Assembly: GCF_009834535.1 (NCBI RefSeq)
Contig: NC_045697.1
Location: forward strand, 117,306,001-117,370,000
Direction of reading: 5' to 3'
Length of the DNA stretch: 64,000 nucleotides
Source: Camelus ferus
Lineage: Eukaryota
Both the position numbers and the translations under genes were made by a program. The notes under the pieces were generated by a model. The model did no database searches, was not told the DNA's origin, and worked only from the letters and a program-made list of their open reading frames with translations. Positions 47,741-59,712 of this stretch are shown here, in pieces; positions within the stretch are counted from its first letter, which is position 1; every line of letters begins with the position of its first letter.

Positions 47741-48799
47741 ATAGCCAGCAAATAGCAACAAAACAATAATAATGATGATTGTAAAGTTCTCATTCCTAGA
47801 CTGTACAATCAAAAAGAGTTGAATATCATAAACTTTGGGAGAGAGACTGCTAGGTGAGACTGTTCTTAGAGACCCCCCAGCTCTGTAGCTGTCCCGTAAC
47901 GGAAAACTCACAGCCCCGGCCGGTAACACCAGCAGAGAAATTCTAAAGACCCTCTACATGGCAGATCAGGAACAGGGAGAGAATCTTGCTTCTTTTGCTA
48001 CGTGACGATGTTCTCTGAAATTCTATCATGTACTGAAGAAGAATAAATTTACTTCTAGTCTTCATCAAACCACATTTTATGTTAACTCTGTCTCTTTCGC
48101 AGTCTTCTAGAAAACCTTTCCCAGTCTTTTTAATGGCAAAAATATTGCATCTGAGGACGAATTTCCTCTCCAGACTTTATTCCGATCTGGGGAGGTGTTA
48201 TGTCAATACCAATTTACCTTCCATATTTTTGGTGGACACAATATGTGAGCACTTGAATTGAGGGAAATACTAAATTAGCACAATACAAATAAAGGTAAGT
48301 GTAAATTAAGAGAAACAGAGTAATTGCATGAAAAAGTGAGTGGAGCTAATTTTTTAATTTCAAAAATTCTATATTTATATTGTTCTGTTTTTAAATGTTC
48401 TTTTTTCCCTCTGCCTTGGTAGACACTGGAGAACACTGAATGTGTTCCATCAGGATAGTGTCTTTTGGGGCCATATTTAAGGCAGTTCATTAGCTCTCTC
48501 TATATGGACTGCAGTACTATTTAATGAGATTTTTATTCATGAAAAGTTTGTTCAGTGCTTAAAATGACTTGTATAATTATATCTTTACAAAAATCTCGTA
48601 AGATAATTCACTTTTTCTAGGATAGTAATTATAATTTTTTATGTTAACTACATGCTATGCAGCAATTCAACATGAAGACATTAAAATACTGCTATTTCTT
48701 CCAATCCTCACGGCTCACAGAAAAAGATGTGCATAATCGATTTCAGAAAGAGAGATAATAATATTATAATATCAATAATGTGGTTTACTTTACATTTAA

Positions 48800-49002
48800 G
48801 GCACACAGGCACTGTACTAAGCTCTTTATGCACGTTGCCTCATTTATTTCTTATACCCACCCTATAAATTAAGTTAAAATATTATTCCATTAAAGAAAAG
48901 TAAGCAGTTTTAAATAGGGAAACTGCATAACCTTACTCAAGGTCTTACAGCTAATAAGTGATAGGGCCAGCATTCAAAGTCAGGTCTGCATGACTCCAAA
49001 AG
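48800..49002 (-). mobile_element. MIR SINE
   Basis: 'caggcactgtactaagctcttta...cctcattt...aaggtcttacagctaataagtgatagggccagcattcaaagtcaggtctgcatgactccaaa'. Confidence 0.85.
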
Positions 49003-49859
49003 TGGTTTCTATAATAACTCACGGGACTCTCAGTAGCACACAGATAAGAAGGAGAGAGACTGCTATTCATTGACATCTATGGAGCATGTGGCCCGGCACG
49101 GAAGTTTTCACAGTGTTCCTGTAGGCAATAAGGCTTATCAAATTCATATTATCCCAATATATACACCGATTTCATTGTAATTGTCTCAAGATAGTAATAA
49201 ATCGCATGCGTCTCCTGATGGTCAAATTCGCCACTGATTTCCTAGGTAGATTTTTCGTTTCTCAAAATCTTATAATAATAGTCAGACTCTTTGTCGTTGC
49301 TACTCTCATTCTTTCTTTTTCTTCAAATGGTTTTAGTGCGGTGTTAGATATTTCATGGACACAGTTGGCTGTGTTTGCTGTCCTTTTGCTCTCTGGGCAG
49401 TCTGCCAGTCAGCGTTTACCCAATAAAAGAGAGCACATTAGGATATTTCAGTAAGTAAAGGATTTAATACAGACAGCTAGGCGCTAATGAAACCGTGGGA
49501 TAGGTTTGACCTTGAAGGTCAGGGATAGCGGTTGGTCTCACACCCACTGCGGTCTTTCAGAGACGCAGAAAGTTCCGGAAACGACCAGCAAGGTTACCAG
49601 AAACAGTCCCTCCTGCCTCCTGTGCCCAGGGGTATGGTTTCCAGAAGAAAGCTGCGAGTTCGTTGCAAACGATCATGTTTGCCTAAGAACAGCTGGTCTG
49701 TTGGGTCTTGCCGGAAGATTGGCTGTTTTCCTTCTTTCTTCCAGGGCGCACGTCAGAGTGTCCGCTTGGGCTCTGGAGCTTCCCAGTCCAGCTTTGTGTT
49801 CCCAGGGAAAGCGTGGAGGGCGTTCATATGGGAATGCCGAAACTAACCTGAATAGAAGC

Positions 49860-50103
49860 AATATTTATAATTCATACAATTTATATTCATATAATTTATA
49901 ATCATAATTATATTTGTTTATGTTATATAATTTATAATATTTATATTAGTTATAATTTATATTTATATAACTTATAATTTATAAATATTTATATTATTTA
50001 TAATTCATGATATAATTATAAATAATATATACGTATAGATAATAATATATAATATTATATATGATTATATATAATTATAAATAATAATTATATTATTTAT
50101 AAT
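49860..50103. repeat. AT-rich low-complexity tract
   Basis: About 245 bp, almost all A/T, built from TATAATTTA/ATATT variants. Confidence 0.95.
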
Positions 50104-50544
50104 TCAACTCTGGGCTCAGAGAAACAGGTAAAGATAGCTAAATCATGAAAAGAAGAGTTTGTTAGTTTTTATGAGCAGTAATCTATCGGGAATAAGTCTA
50201 AAGAATTTTCAATAAACTTGGTCACCCTATCTAGTGACTGTGATGGAATAAATCTGACTCATATCAGAGAATGTGCAATGTTACTAATTAGCCTTGACAA
50301 TACTCATGTTATGTCCTATTTTCAATTGCCTTAATGAGAGAGGTTTATCGCACATATATTTATTTATTGCAGCCCCTTAGGTGATGCATTAAATGAGCAT
50401 CTAATAAATTTTTGCTGAATAATACACAGACTCTTATTTAGTTAGGGAAGCTGTTACAAATTATGTTCACCACAGGCCTTTTTTCCCTGTCATTTCTCTT
50501 TGTGCTGCTCAGAGCTGACTTCCACTGAGATTACAAATACACAA

Positions 50545-50621
50545 GGAGTGAGGGTGTAGCTCAGTGGTAGAGTGTGTGCTCAGCATGCACGAGGTCCTCG
50601 GTTCCATCCCCAGTACTGCCA

Positions 50622-50673
<52 letters not shown>

Positions 50674-50680
50674 AATAAAA
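50545..50680 (+). mobile_element. tRNA-Ala-derived SINE (vic-1-like) with (AAAT)n tail
   Basis: GAGGGTGTAGCTCAGTGGTAGAGTGTGTGCTCAGCATGCACGAGGTCCTCGGTTCCATCCCCAGTACTGCCATT followed by (AAAT)n. Confidence 0.93.
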
Positions 50681-52265
50681 TTCTAAAAATATGCCGGAGT
50701 ATTACACTCCTTTAAAGGATAATTGAAAATCAGTGAAATATGAAAAACTACAATCTATTTGAGAAGAAGTTTCAAGCAGAAAAAGGTGAGAATGGATATT
50801 CAATGGGAAAAATTGGAAAAGAGTTGTCAGATTTCATTCCGCCCTGCAGATAATAAAAGGCAATAACTAAATGATTTTAGTGAGAAGACTGTCGAATTTT
50901 TAAAAAGACTAAATGCTCCTTTATTGTTGAATCAGATAAAAAGCTTAGAAATAAATGATCAACCCCTGCCCCCTGCCCCAATTAAACCTATCGAGGTTGT
51001 ACTGGCCTAGTTAGATTTCATTTAAAGAAAGATGGTGGCTTTATACAGCTTCCCTGGGGAGTAACAGGGCTTTCGCCGACAGGCGTGCTCCTGTAATCTC
51101 TGCTGGGGGCCGTGGAAGGGGACAGGGGTTCAGCACACCAAAAATGAGCACAGGAAGTCAGGACACCCAGTGGTAAATCTTGCTCTATTCTTTTTATCTC
51201 TGAGGCTATGTACAAGTTTCATTTTCCTCCAAAGAGTCAGCTTTCTTCTTTACAAAATGCATCATAATTTGCATCTGTACTAAAGAGGTACGATTTCTGC
51301 CTACTTGGCTTCTACTATCCCCATGGCCATGTTGGTGACATGAGTCATTCAGTTCCTCCACTCTTGAGTTCTTCACGCAAGATTAGCTGCTCACAGTAAA
51401 ACTGCAGAAGCACCCCAGGATTAACCGTTGTTTGGAAAAACTAATATTGGAGATAAGGATGCTTCAAGACAGTTCCTTCCAGCTCAGATCTCTTGAGATC
51501 AGTGACAATTTTGCAAAGGAAAAGTAACGCCACAAACTGAACAAGAATTTTTGTTAGGGAACAATTTCAACATCTGGTGAGTCATTTGATACAGTGTATA
51601 TAAACGCAGGCTTATGATTTGAAATTGAACACAAAATGTGTCTTAATGTTATTGTAAACCATAAGAGAAAACAGCTCTCGCATGCAAGCGTGCAAACTCA
51701 GCTCTCCTGCTGTGGACCAGTCTGAGAAGAAGCCTTCATCAGGAGACAAGACACCTAGAATGTCTTGAATAAAATGATGGGGTTCAAGTGACAAAGTATT
51801 ATGTTTCTCCATTCTTCTCCACTCAGCATGAATCCGAACTTAATAAGTAAATGAAGAAACAGACTCCAAAAATACAGGGGACATTTGCAACCCCAATAAG
51901 ACTATACAGGGAAAAGCTGGCAAACGTGTGAAGCTTTAACAGGAGTGTGGCAAGACAGCCAGGGAGGACACCCGTGGCTCCAGTTCAGACAAAGCAGGTG
52001 ATGTGCAGAAGAGGGTGAAGACAGCATTGGTAGGCATTCCCCCGGGTATTTTAATAGGAGAAGGGTAGGTAGGAGGGTGAAATGAGGACACTGATGTGGC
52101 ACAGTTTTAGAACCCCTTGTCAGAAAGGTGGAGCAGAGAAGAAAGGATGCAGTAGAATCAGCATCAAAGAGCCAGACTTCTGCAATCCAGGAAGAAGCAA
52201 AGGCTGAAAGACACTTCCCATATGCAACGGTTTTCCATGCAATTGGCCTGGAATGCTCAAAAATT

Positions 52266-52437
52266 AGCAAGTTTCTACTGTATAGCTCAGGAAACTATAT
52301 TCAATATCTTGTAGTCACTTATAATGTAAAAGAATAGGAAAAGGAATGTATGTATGTATATGTATGACTGAAACATACTGCTTTGCACCAGAAATTAACA
52401 CACTGTAAACTGACTATACTAATTAAAAAAAAAAAAA
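52266..52437 (+). mobile_element. Short L1 3'-end insertion with poly(A)
   Basis: 'ctactgtatagctcaggaaactatattcaatatcttgta...caccagaaattaacacactgtaaactgactatact' followed by an A-tract. Confidence 0.92.
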
Positions 52438-52559
52438 TCCTGGTGGTACTTATCCTAGACTCTGTGCTTCTTTCAAATGAACTTCTTATAAACAAAAGAT
52501 CTATTCTCAGTCAAAGATGATTATATTTAAAGGTCCTAACAGAGTATCTTCATTTTTTT

Positions 52560-53077
52560 CATATTTTTATTTATTTAAAAAATTCTTTTTGAAGTATAGT
52601 CAATTATAATGTGTCAATCTCTGATGTACAGCATCATGTCCCAGTCATGCATATATATAAGTATATTCATTTTCATATTCTTTGTCATTAAAAGTTATCA
52701 CAAGATATTGAATATAGTTCCCTGTGCTATGCAGAAGAAACTTCTTGTTTATCCATTTTATATATAGTAGTTAGTATCCTCAGATCTCAGACTCCCAATT
52801 TATCCCTTCCCACACCCTTCCCCCCACTGGTAACCATGATTGTTTACTATGTCTGCAAGTCTGTTTCTGTTTTGTAGATGAGTTCATTAGTGTCCTCTTT
52901 TTTTCTTTTTTTTAAGATTCCACATATGAGAGATATTGTATGGTATTTTTCTTTCTCTTCTTTCTGGCTTACTTCACTTAGAATGACAATCTCCAATTCC
53001 ATCCATGCAAATGGTATTATTTTATTCTTTTTATGACTGAGTAGTATTCCGTTGTATAAATATAACACAACTTCTGG
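52560..53077 (-). mobile_element. 5'-truncated L1 (about 520 bp)
   Basis: Minus-strand ORF includes WMELEIVILSEVSQKE. TSD ATCTTCATTTTTTT / ATCTACATTTTTTT (52546-52559, 53078-53091). Confidence 0.94.
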
Positions 53078-53099
53078 ATCTACATTTTTTTAAAAGAAC

Positions 53100-54150
53100 A
53101 TAACAGTAAAAGGAAAAACACATGGCAGACAGAGTATTGACTTGGAAAATATTGGCATGAAGCAGATGAAAAATGTGAACAAATATATTGTCCTGAATTA
53201 AGACAAAAGGCAAGGATTCACTCACAATTTTGTTTAAAAAGAGCCCAGATTAGTCATCAGGAAAGATCCATGAAATGACAGATGGAATGAAAGTTGAGCT
53301 TAAGAAATGAGAGAAAAGTACAGTCTTTGCAGAAATTAAAACCACATTCAAGAGTGGAAAAAGGAGAAGATTCTACTAAAAATACAGGAGCGACCATAAA
53401 GGCCAAGTATGAGAAAAATTTAAAAATAGAAATAAAATTAACAGATATAGAAGAAGACAATTTACAGAGAATCAGTGTCACTGAAGACAAGAGCTAAATA
53501 AACAAAATAGAAGAAATGTCCAAAGATATAAAGAACATGTTCTCAAAAATGCTATTAGCCTTGAAATTAAAACTACAAAGGACAGATAGTTGAATGGGGA
53601 AAAATGACTTAGATGACCAATGCAGTCAAGTTATTGGACTTCAAAGATAAGCTTTCAGACATCCTAACCCACCACTTATAATGGGAGGTATGCAAAAAAT
53701 TGTGGCCTGAATTCTCCACGGTAACATTCTGTGCAAAAAGACATCAAATGGCTATGGAGTTGCCTGGGAAATAATTTATGACAAAATTATTTTATATCCA
53801 ACCAAAGTTTAGTTTTATTATATAAAGCAATAATATTTTTACTCACCATGAGGAAGCATCCCATAAGAGCATTTGTAAGAGAGAGGATGAACTTCAGGCA
53901 ACAGGCACTGAAAGATGAAACTACTATATATATAATATATATTCAATTTATTTAACCATAGGGCCAAGTACTTACAGTCTGTTCACGTACAATGAAAAGT
54001 GAACAAAGAAAATTCAGAAGTAACATAATCAAAATGTTAAAAGGAAGTAAAAGGTAGCATACATTTCTTTTATAATCACATGGTTGAGGAACAGAATTTA
54101 AAGTTGGGATGTTAAGATAGAGAAATTAAGGAAGAGGTATCAAGTACGTC
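53100..54150 (+). mobile_element. HAL1-like (L1 ORF1-only) element remnant
   Basis: A-rich, decayed ORF1-like sequence with 'agttattggacttcaaagataa', 'ttctccacggtaacattc', 'ttatatccaaccaa' and 'gatgaacttcaggcaac'. ORF 53294..53497 is K/E-rich. Confidence 0.65.
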
Positions 54151-54157
54151 TGAGGGT

Positions 54158-54630
54158 GTGGTGGCCAAGATAACATGCCCCTTGGGTCTCCTGCTGTGGG
54201 GAGCAGCTGACAGCCCTCTGAACATCTCCTTTTCTCCACTGCCCCATTCTAGGTTCCACCGCACTCCAACACTTCAGCTGACACAGAACTTCATTCCTGT
54301 GATGATGTCTGTGTTCTGTACAAGGTCCGGCGAATCAGTGAGACAGGAGGACACTACACCAGAAACAGTGGGTACCACACCCCTGCTCATTCATTCCCAC
54401 AGGGAAGGTGGACGCCATCACACACCAGATTATAACCCGTGGGAGAAGTAACATTCTTCATTGTCATCCACAGTTACTCTCTGAGTGAGACTGTGATGTC
54501 ATTCAGCCCACCTGTAGGATGGGTCTGATGAAATTGTCTCCCATCCTGGGCATCTGGTCACAGTGAACGTCTGAAGAGTCTATAGGTGAGAGTAAGAAAG
54601 AGTCGGGTCTGCTGTACCTGCCCTTCCTCG
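54158..54630. mobile_element. Old ERVL-class LTR fragments (LTR16-like, possibly with a nested LTR)
   Basis: TGTGGTGGCCA start and 'tggggagcagctgacagccc'. A second TGTGATG start near 54298. Weak. Confidence 0.4.
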
Positions 54631-54738
54631 ATGAGCTGCCACCTCTGATGAAACAGCATCCTGCCAGCAGAGGAGAGTTACCTACCCTTCTTCCCCTTGC
54701 TCTTCCTTCAAACTAATGAGATTTTTGCTCTAATCTAA

Positions 54739-54785
54739 ATACTCAATACCTTGTAATAGCCTATAATGAAAAAGAATATGAAAAG

Positions 54786-54845
<60 letters not shown>

Positions 54846-54946
54846 ATAACTGAATCACTATGCTGTACACTAGAAATCAACACAACATTGTAAACCCACT
54901 AGACTTCAATAAAAATAAATAAATCAATAAGTAATAAATTAAAAAA
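54739..54946 (+). mobile_element. Short L1 3'-end insertion containing (TA)n(TG)n (54788-54846)
   Basis: 'tactcaataccttgtaatagcctataatgaaaaagaatatg...ctgaatcactatgctgtacac...cttcaataaaa'. Confidence 0.92.
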
Positions 54947-56594
54947 TCTGCCTTCTTTTGCTGGATCGACTCTGTATGCTCCTCTGAGAGTTTGCAGAAC
55001 TGTACAAGAATATTTCAAGATATTGATGCATCTCCTCCACAGAAAAAATAAATCAATTAGGAATACAAATTTTTCGATGAGCTAATGGTCCCCCATGGCA
55101 AGGTGGGTGGGGGTGGGGTGGAATAATGGGAATCAATTTCACAAATACATTATGTCAGGCCAAAAAAAATTAAACTTTGTAATTTAAGCAAACGAGGTTC
55201 TACAGCACAGTAATTTGAATGAATTCCAGCATGACTCACAGACATGTCTGAAGTAGCCCAACTTACGTTTCTCATTATTACTTTGGAAGAATTGCAATGG
55301 AGGAATTGGTAAAAGTACACTGTCTCAGATGTTCTGTTAAAAAAATTTCTATAAAAATTACCAACCAAAAATGTGCCACTATATGAAGGCTAAATCCATT
55401 TGTCATGTTACTATTTGATTAATGTAGACTTAGTTCATTTGTCAATGGCAATATTTTACTTGCAGAAAAACAAGCTAATACATAAAATATAATATGACAA
55501 GTCCGTGAAATATAATGAGATTTTTTACAGTAAATTTATGTTAGAGTGGTTCAGACGACGATCTTTAAAAAGATCAAATATGTTTTAGCAAAATTCATTC
55601 TGCCACAAATGCAAGTGGAAAACATCAACACGTATTTCAAAGACTATATAATGAAAAAACACAAGAATGGTAGCTAACGTTATAAGCATGTAAGCATTTC
55701 ATTTGACCTTTCTTGTTGGCCTTAATTAAATAGAATCGGCTTTTGTAGAAATTAAGAGGAAGTGAGTCTCAATAATAATGAATGGCTCTGTACAATAATT
55801 AATTAACATCTCATTTGTGTATGCAGCGAAGAAATTCACTCTTGCCAGCATAAATGCTTGAACTTTTATCATCATAAATCCTTTTTTGGCATGAGCTAGT
55901 TACTAAGATCGTATATTTTGCTAGATCTGAATGAAATAACCTCCCGCCCTTTAGAGCTTAATGTGATGCAAAGAGACAGAATGTAAGATTCCCAAAAAAT
56001 GATGGAGGAAAGAATAAATGGGTTTTTTCCCCCGATTTAATGAATACTGAAAAGCGTGTTGCAAATACCCCAAGTCTTCCCTTAATGTGTAAGTCTCTCA
56101 CGTGGAACAAGCTTGCTGTCTGTGCAGGCTGGCGTGAGGTCGCGCCTGTCCTTGGTAGAAGCATCTGCATCCAAGTGACACTGCTGCCCTTTTTCTCCAT
56201 TGACAATGTCCTCTGGTGCTAATTGAAGAGCTTTGTGATCAGCTCTGAATGTGCAGGAAATGCCCAGGCGGAATCCAGACATTTGCAAAGGGAATTGCTG
56301 GCTAGAAATTATTCACTATCTACGCTTCGTGCTTGAGCTTGAATTTTATTAAGAGTAATCCCCTCTGTACTTGTTTAAACCATCACTTGCCAGTTTTTAA
56401 ATTGAACATGTAATATATGTAATCTGAAATATGTGATTTTAATGCATTTTGTTACATTCCCAATGGATGAATCACATTTGAAATGTAAAACTAGGAGTCA
56501 GCAGAATGTCTATTTCAGAAAAAAAGGTTCAAGGTCAGAACATTTGTTTATGCTATAATTTCCATTAGAATTATGAACATATTTCATTTTAAAT

Positions 56595-56724
56595 GATGGA
56601 CTCTTCATTTTTTTAAAAAAAAAGTTTCATTATTATTGAAAGAATAAAATACCTGAATTGAAGATGTACTCTTCATTAAAAAAAAATTCCATTCTTATTG
56701 AAAGAATAAAATACTTGAACTGAA
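56595..56724. repeat. Two-copy tandem duplication (68 + 62 bp)
   Basis: GATG(G/T)ACTCTTCATT...TTATTGAAAGAATAAAATAC(C/T)TGAA(T/C)TGAA occurs twice in tandem. Confidence 0.92.
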
Positions 56725-57219
56725 GGGATTATATTTTCAGAGCTCACAAGGATTTTATTTTTCAGAACTGTCAAGTAATGTAGCCTTTCATAATAAGCTG
56801 TAATGAGTTGCTAGTAAAACAAAGAGGTCCTACATCATTTAAAAACCAAAAAGAATGTGCTTCTCTGTAAGAGACAGAATAAGAACAAGGGTTTTACTAT
56901 TATCGAAGGCAGAAGGATGTCTGGGAGAGGGGGACCCGAGGCTGGGATGGAGGAGGGCAGGAAAGGTGGGGAATGAATACGGAAAATGTACAGTAGGTAC
57001 TTCACGGATTTTCAGATCAGTGCAGACCTACCAACGCCTCTCTGACTTCCCTTCCCACAGTTTATCATAAGCAGTGTTTACTAAGCTACCGGATGCTAAT
57101 AGTAATTAAGTCCTCTATTAATTATATATAATCTCATCAACTTAACCAATCTTCAATCAATCATCACACCAGCGAATTAATAATTTAATCACCTCCTGCT
57201 GGTAAGATATTTGCTGACT

Positions 57220-57383
57220 GTGGTAACCAGAGACCCAGGTGAGAATGCTTAACGTGAGATCTAACCTCCTAAAAAAATGTTAAGTACACAATACGATACC
57301 GCCAACTATGGGCGCAGTGTTGCACAATGGATCTCTAGAACACACTCAGCTTGCATAACTGAAGCTTTATATCTGTCCAACAG
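57220..57383 (-). mobile_element. L1MA9/L1MB-like 3' end
   Basis: 'gtgagaatgcttaacgtgagatcta...aagtacacaatac...gatctctagaac...cttgcataactgaa'. Confidence 0.82.
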
Positions 57384-57724
57384 CTAAGGAAGGAGTCTGT
57401 TTTTTAATGAGATCAGTCTACTTGAGAAAGTCTTATGCATTCAAAATAAACACACAAGATCTAAAACTCTGAGCGTAATCTTTGAAGTCTCCCTTTTTCC
57501 CATATTACCATCTAAAGCCTGGTTGGTTTTATCCTTAAATTTGCCTCAAAACACTACCCCTTATTGATTCTTGGGACTATTTTTCAGTGGAAGTACTTGT
57601 TGTGACTTGGTGATCTATGAGATAGTCCCTCCACCATGACTTCTCTGCCTGTGGGGGACTCATGACAAATCTATACTCTTCACTGCTAATTGAGCACTTT
57701 CTTTACCTTAGAGATCATCAAATA

Positions 57725-58034
57725 CAGCTCTCCCTCAGCGTCCGTCGGGGATTGCTCCCAGGACCCCCTCCGGAGACCAAAATCTGCAGTTGCTCTAGTC
57801 TCTTCATAAAATGATGTAGCATTTGCATATAACCCTGCACATCCTCCAGCACACTTTACATCATCTCTAGATCATTTATGATATGTACTACAATGTAAAT
57901 GCCATGTAGATAGTGGCTGACATGACATGAACTCAAGGTCTGCTTTTTGGAGCTTTCTGGATTTTTTCTTTATAATATTTTCAGTCTGCAGTAGGTTGAA
58001 TCCACAGGACTCTCAGAAAACAAAGGGCCAACTC
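57725..58034. mobile_element. Tigger-derived MITE (MER2-like)
   Basis: TA|CAG start and CCAACTC|TA end. Internal 'ggggattgctcccaggacccc', 'atttgcatataacc' and 'tacaatgtaaatgccatgta'. Confidence 0.9.
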
Positions 58035-58737
58035 TAACTCCCTTCCTTAAAACCTACTGGCTCTAGAAAAAAGGTTCTTCAATAGGCCCGCAGGCCTCTG
58101 AAGAATGTTTGATTTTCTCCAATAAAATATATTAGAGAATCCTTAACCCAAGAACTTGCACATCTGACCCAATCTGAAAATAGCTCTTTCTGGCCCAAAA
58201 TACAAAGGCCTACAGAACTCTTCCCTTCCTGGGTAGCAGAGTCAGGAGAAAGACTAAAACTATGTGCACGATTTACTAACGAGAAGACTCTCTGTGGCAG
58301 AAACAAACCGTCTGTGTCTGGCGGTTGCATTGGATCCCCAGCAGATACACAGAGCCTGGGAGTGGGGCAGGAGGAGCCATAATTAAAGTTCAAGTTTCTG
58401 TTTCCTGCAGTGACAAAGAGAGACTAAGAATAGCTACCGGTTCATACAAAAACCTGGGTCTTATGAAGCATCACTGGAAAGGACCCAAACAATGAACAGG
58501 ACTATGGTCACAGAAGAAGAGATAAAATCAGCCATTTTGCTTTGCACACAAAAAGCTGGTGGTTTTGTAATACACACCCACATGTGCACATGGGCACAAA
58601 CTTATGCTTGTTCTTAGACTGAATATTGGACTAAATATTAGAGCAAAACTCGTGAGTTCAGTCACTTTCAGTTAATCCGATTACTTTCATTCACAAAGTC
58701 GTCCATTAAAAGAGCCTGTGTAACTTGCTTAAAGAGG

Positions 58738-59712
58738 TACCCTGATGGGGTCATGTCGAAGGGACAGAGGCGCTCGGCTGCAAGGGCAGCCAGCGTGCAA
58801 AGGTAGAACAATCTGGACAACCAAGTACGGTGGGACTGAATTAAATCATATGAGTATTTTATACTCACTAGTACAGTACTGCTGAGTGTCAGATAAATCC
58901 CCGAGTCAATCATGATGTAAATAAATAATAGAATAACTTAGCATATGGGACAGAAACAGTCCCCCATACAAAAAAAAATTTTGAATGATTTATGTAGATG
59001 GCCCCCTGCCACATCCCAAAGAGGTGGACCACCACTCACCACCCCGTGAGCAAGGGCTGTGCTTAAGGACTTGCTTCCCAAGAGTGAGGTCAGAAACGAG
59101 GGTGGGATTTCCAGTAGGGAAACCTAGCAACACTGCCCAGCCACACAATCAGTGTCAGACTCATTATTGACACTTCAAGTGGAGAGACCAGGCCCTGGAT
59201 GTGAGGTGTTGAGGACACTTCACCTCTCCGGTCTTAATCCTCAAAACCTGTCACTCCAGTTATACGACATGAGACAAACAGTGTACACACCCATGCTGAG
59301 GGTCGCTCTACAAGAAGACCTGACCAACACCCCTCGAAAACAAGGAAAGTCTGAGAAACTGTCGTAGACCAGGGGAGGCCAAAGACATATGAGGAATCCT
59401 TTTATGTAATATGTGACACGTGAATAGATACAACAATGAACACAATATGGAATAGTGTATCCTGGATGGTATTCTGGAATAGAAAAAAACCACGTTATGG
59501 AGAAACTAGTGAAATAAGCATAAACAGTTCTGTTGAGTTAATGGTAACATACTAGTGTCAGTCCCATAATTGTGGCAAACGTACTATAAACATGAAAAAC
59601 GTTAACAATACAGGAGACTGAGTGTGGGATTCGGGGGAAAGCTCTACACTATTCTTTGCAACTTCTCTATCAATCTAAAGTTATTCTAAAATAAAACGTT
59701 CATTTTTTAAAG
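58738..59712 (+). mobile_element. L1MD/L1MC3-like 3' UTR
   Basis: 'tgatggggtcatgtcgaagggacagagg', 'aaaacaaggaaagtctgagaaactgtc', 'tatcctggatgg...ctggaatagaaaa' and 'aatctaaagttattctaaaataaaa'. Confidence 0.88.

Noticed and set aside
47134..47760. Composite element spanning two SINEs, bounded by AAATAGCAA repeats
   Set aside because: The flanking similarity is short, gapped and AT-rich. Two independent insertions are the simpler explanation.
48103..48294. 192-nt coding exon (tcgcag| ... AAG|GTAAGT)
   Set aside because: All three frames contain stops. At most a non-coding or pseudo-exon.
55105..55130. G-quadruplex (also about 15814-15850)
   Set aside because: The fourth G-run needs a 9-12-nt loop, and there is no functional context.
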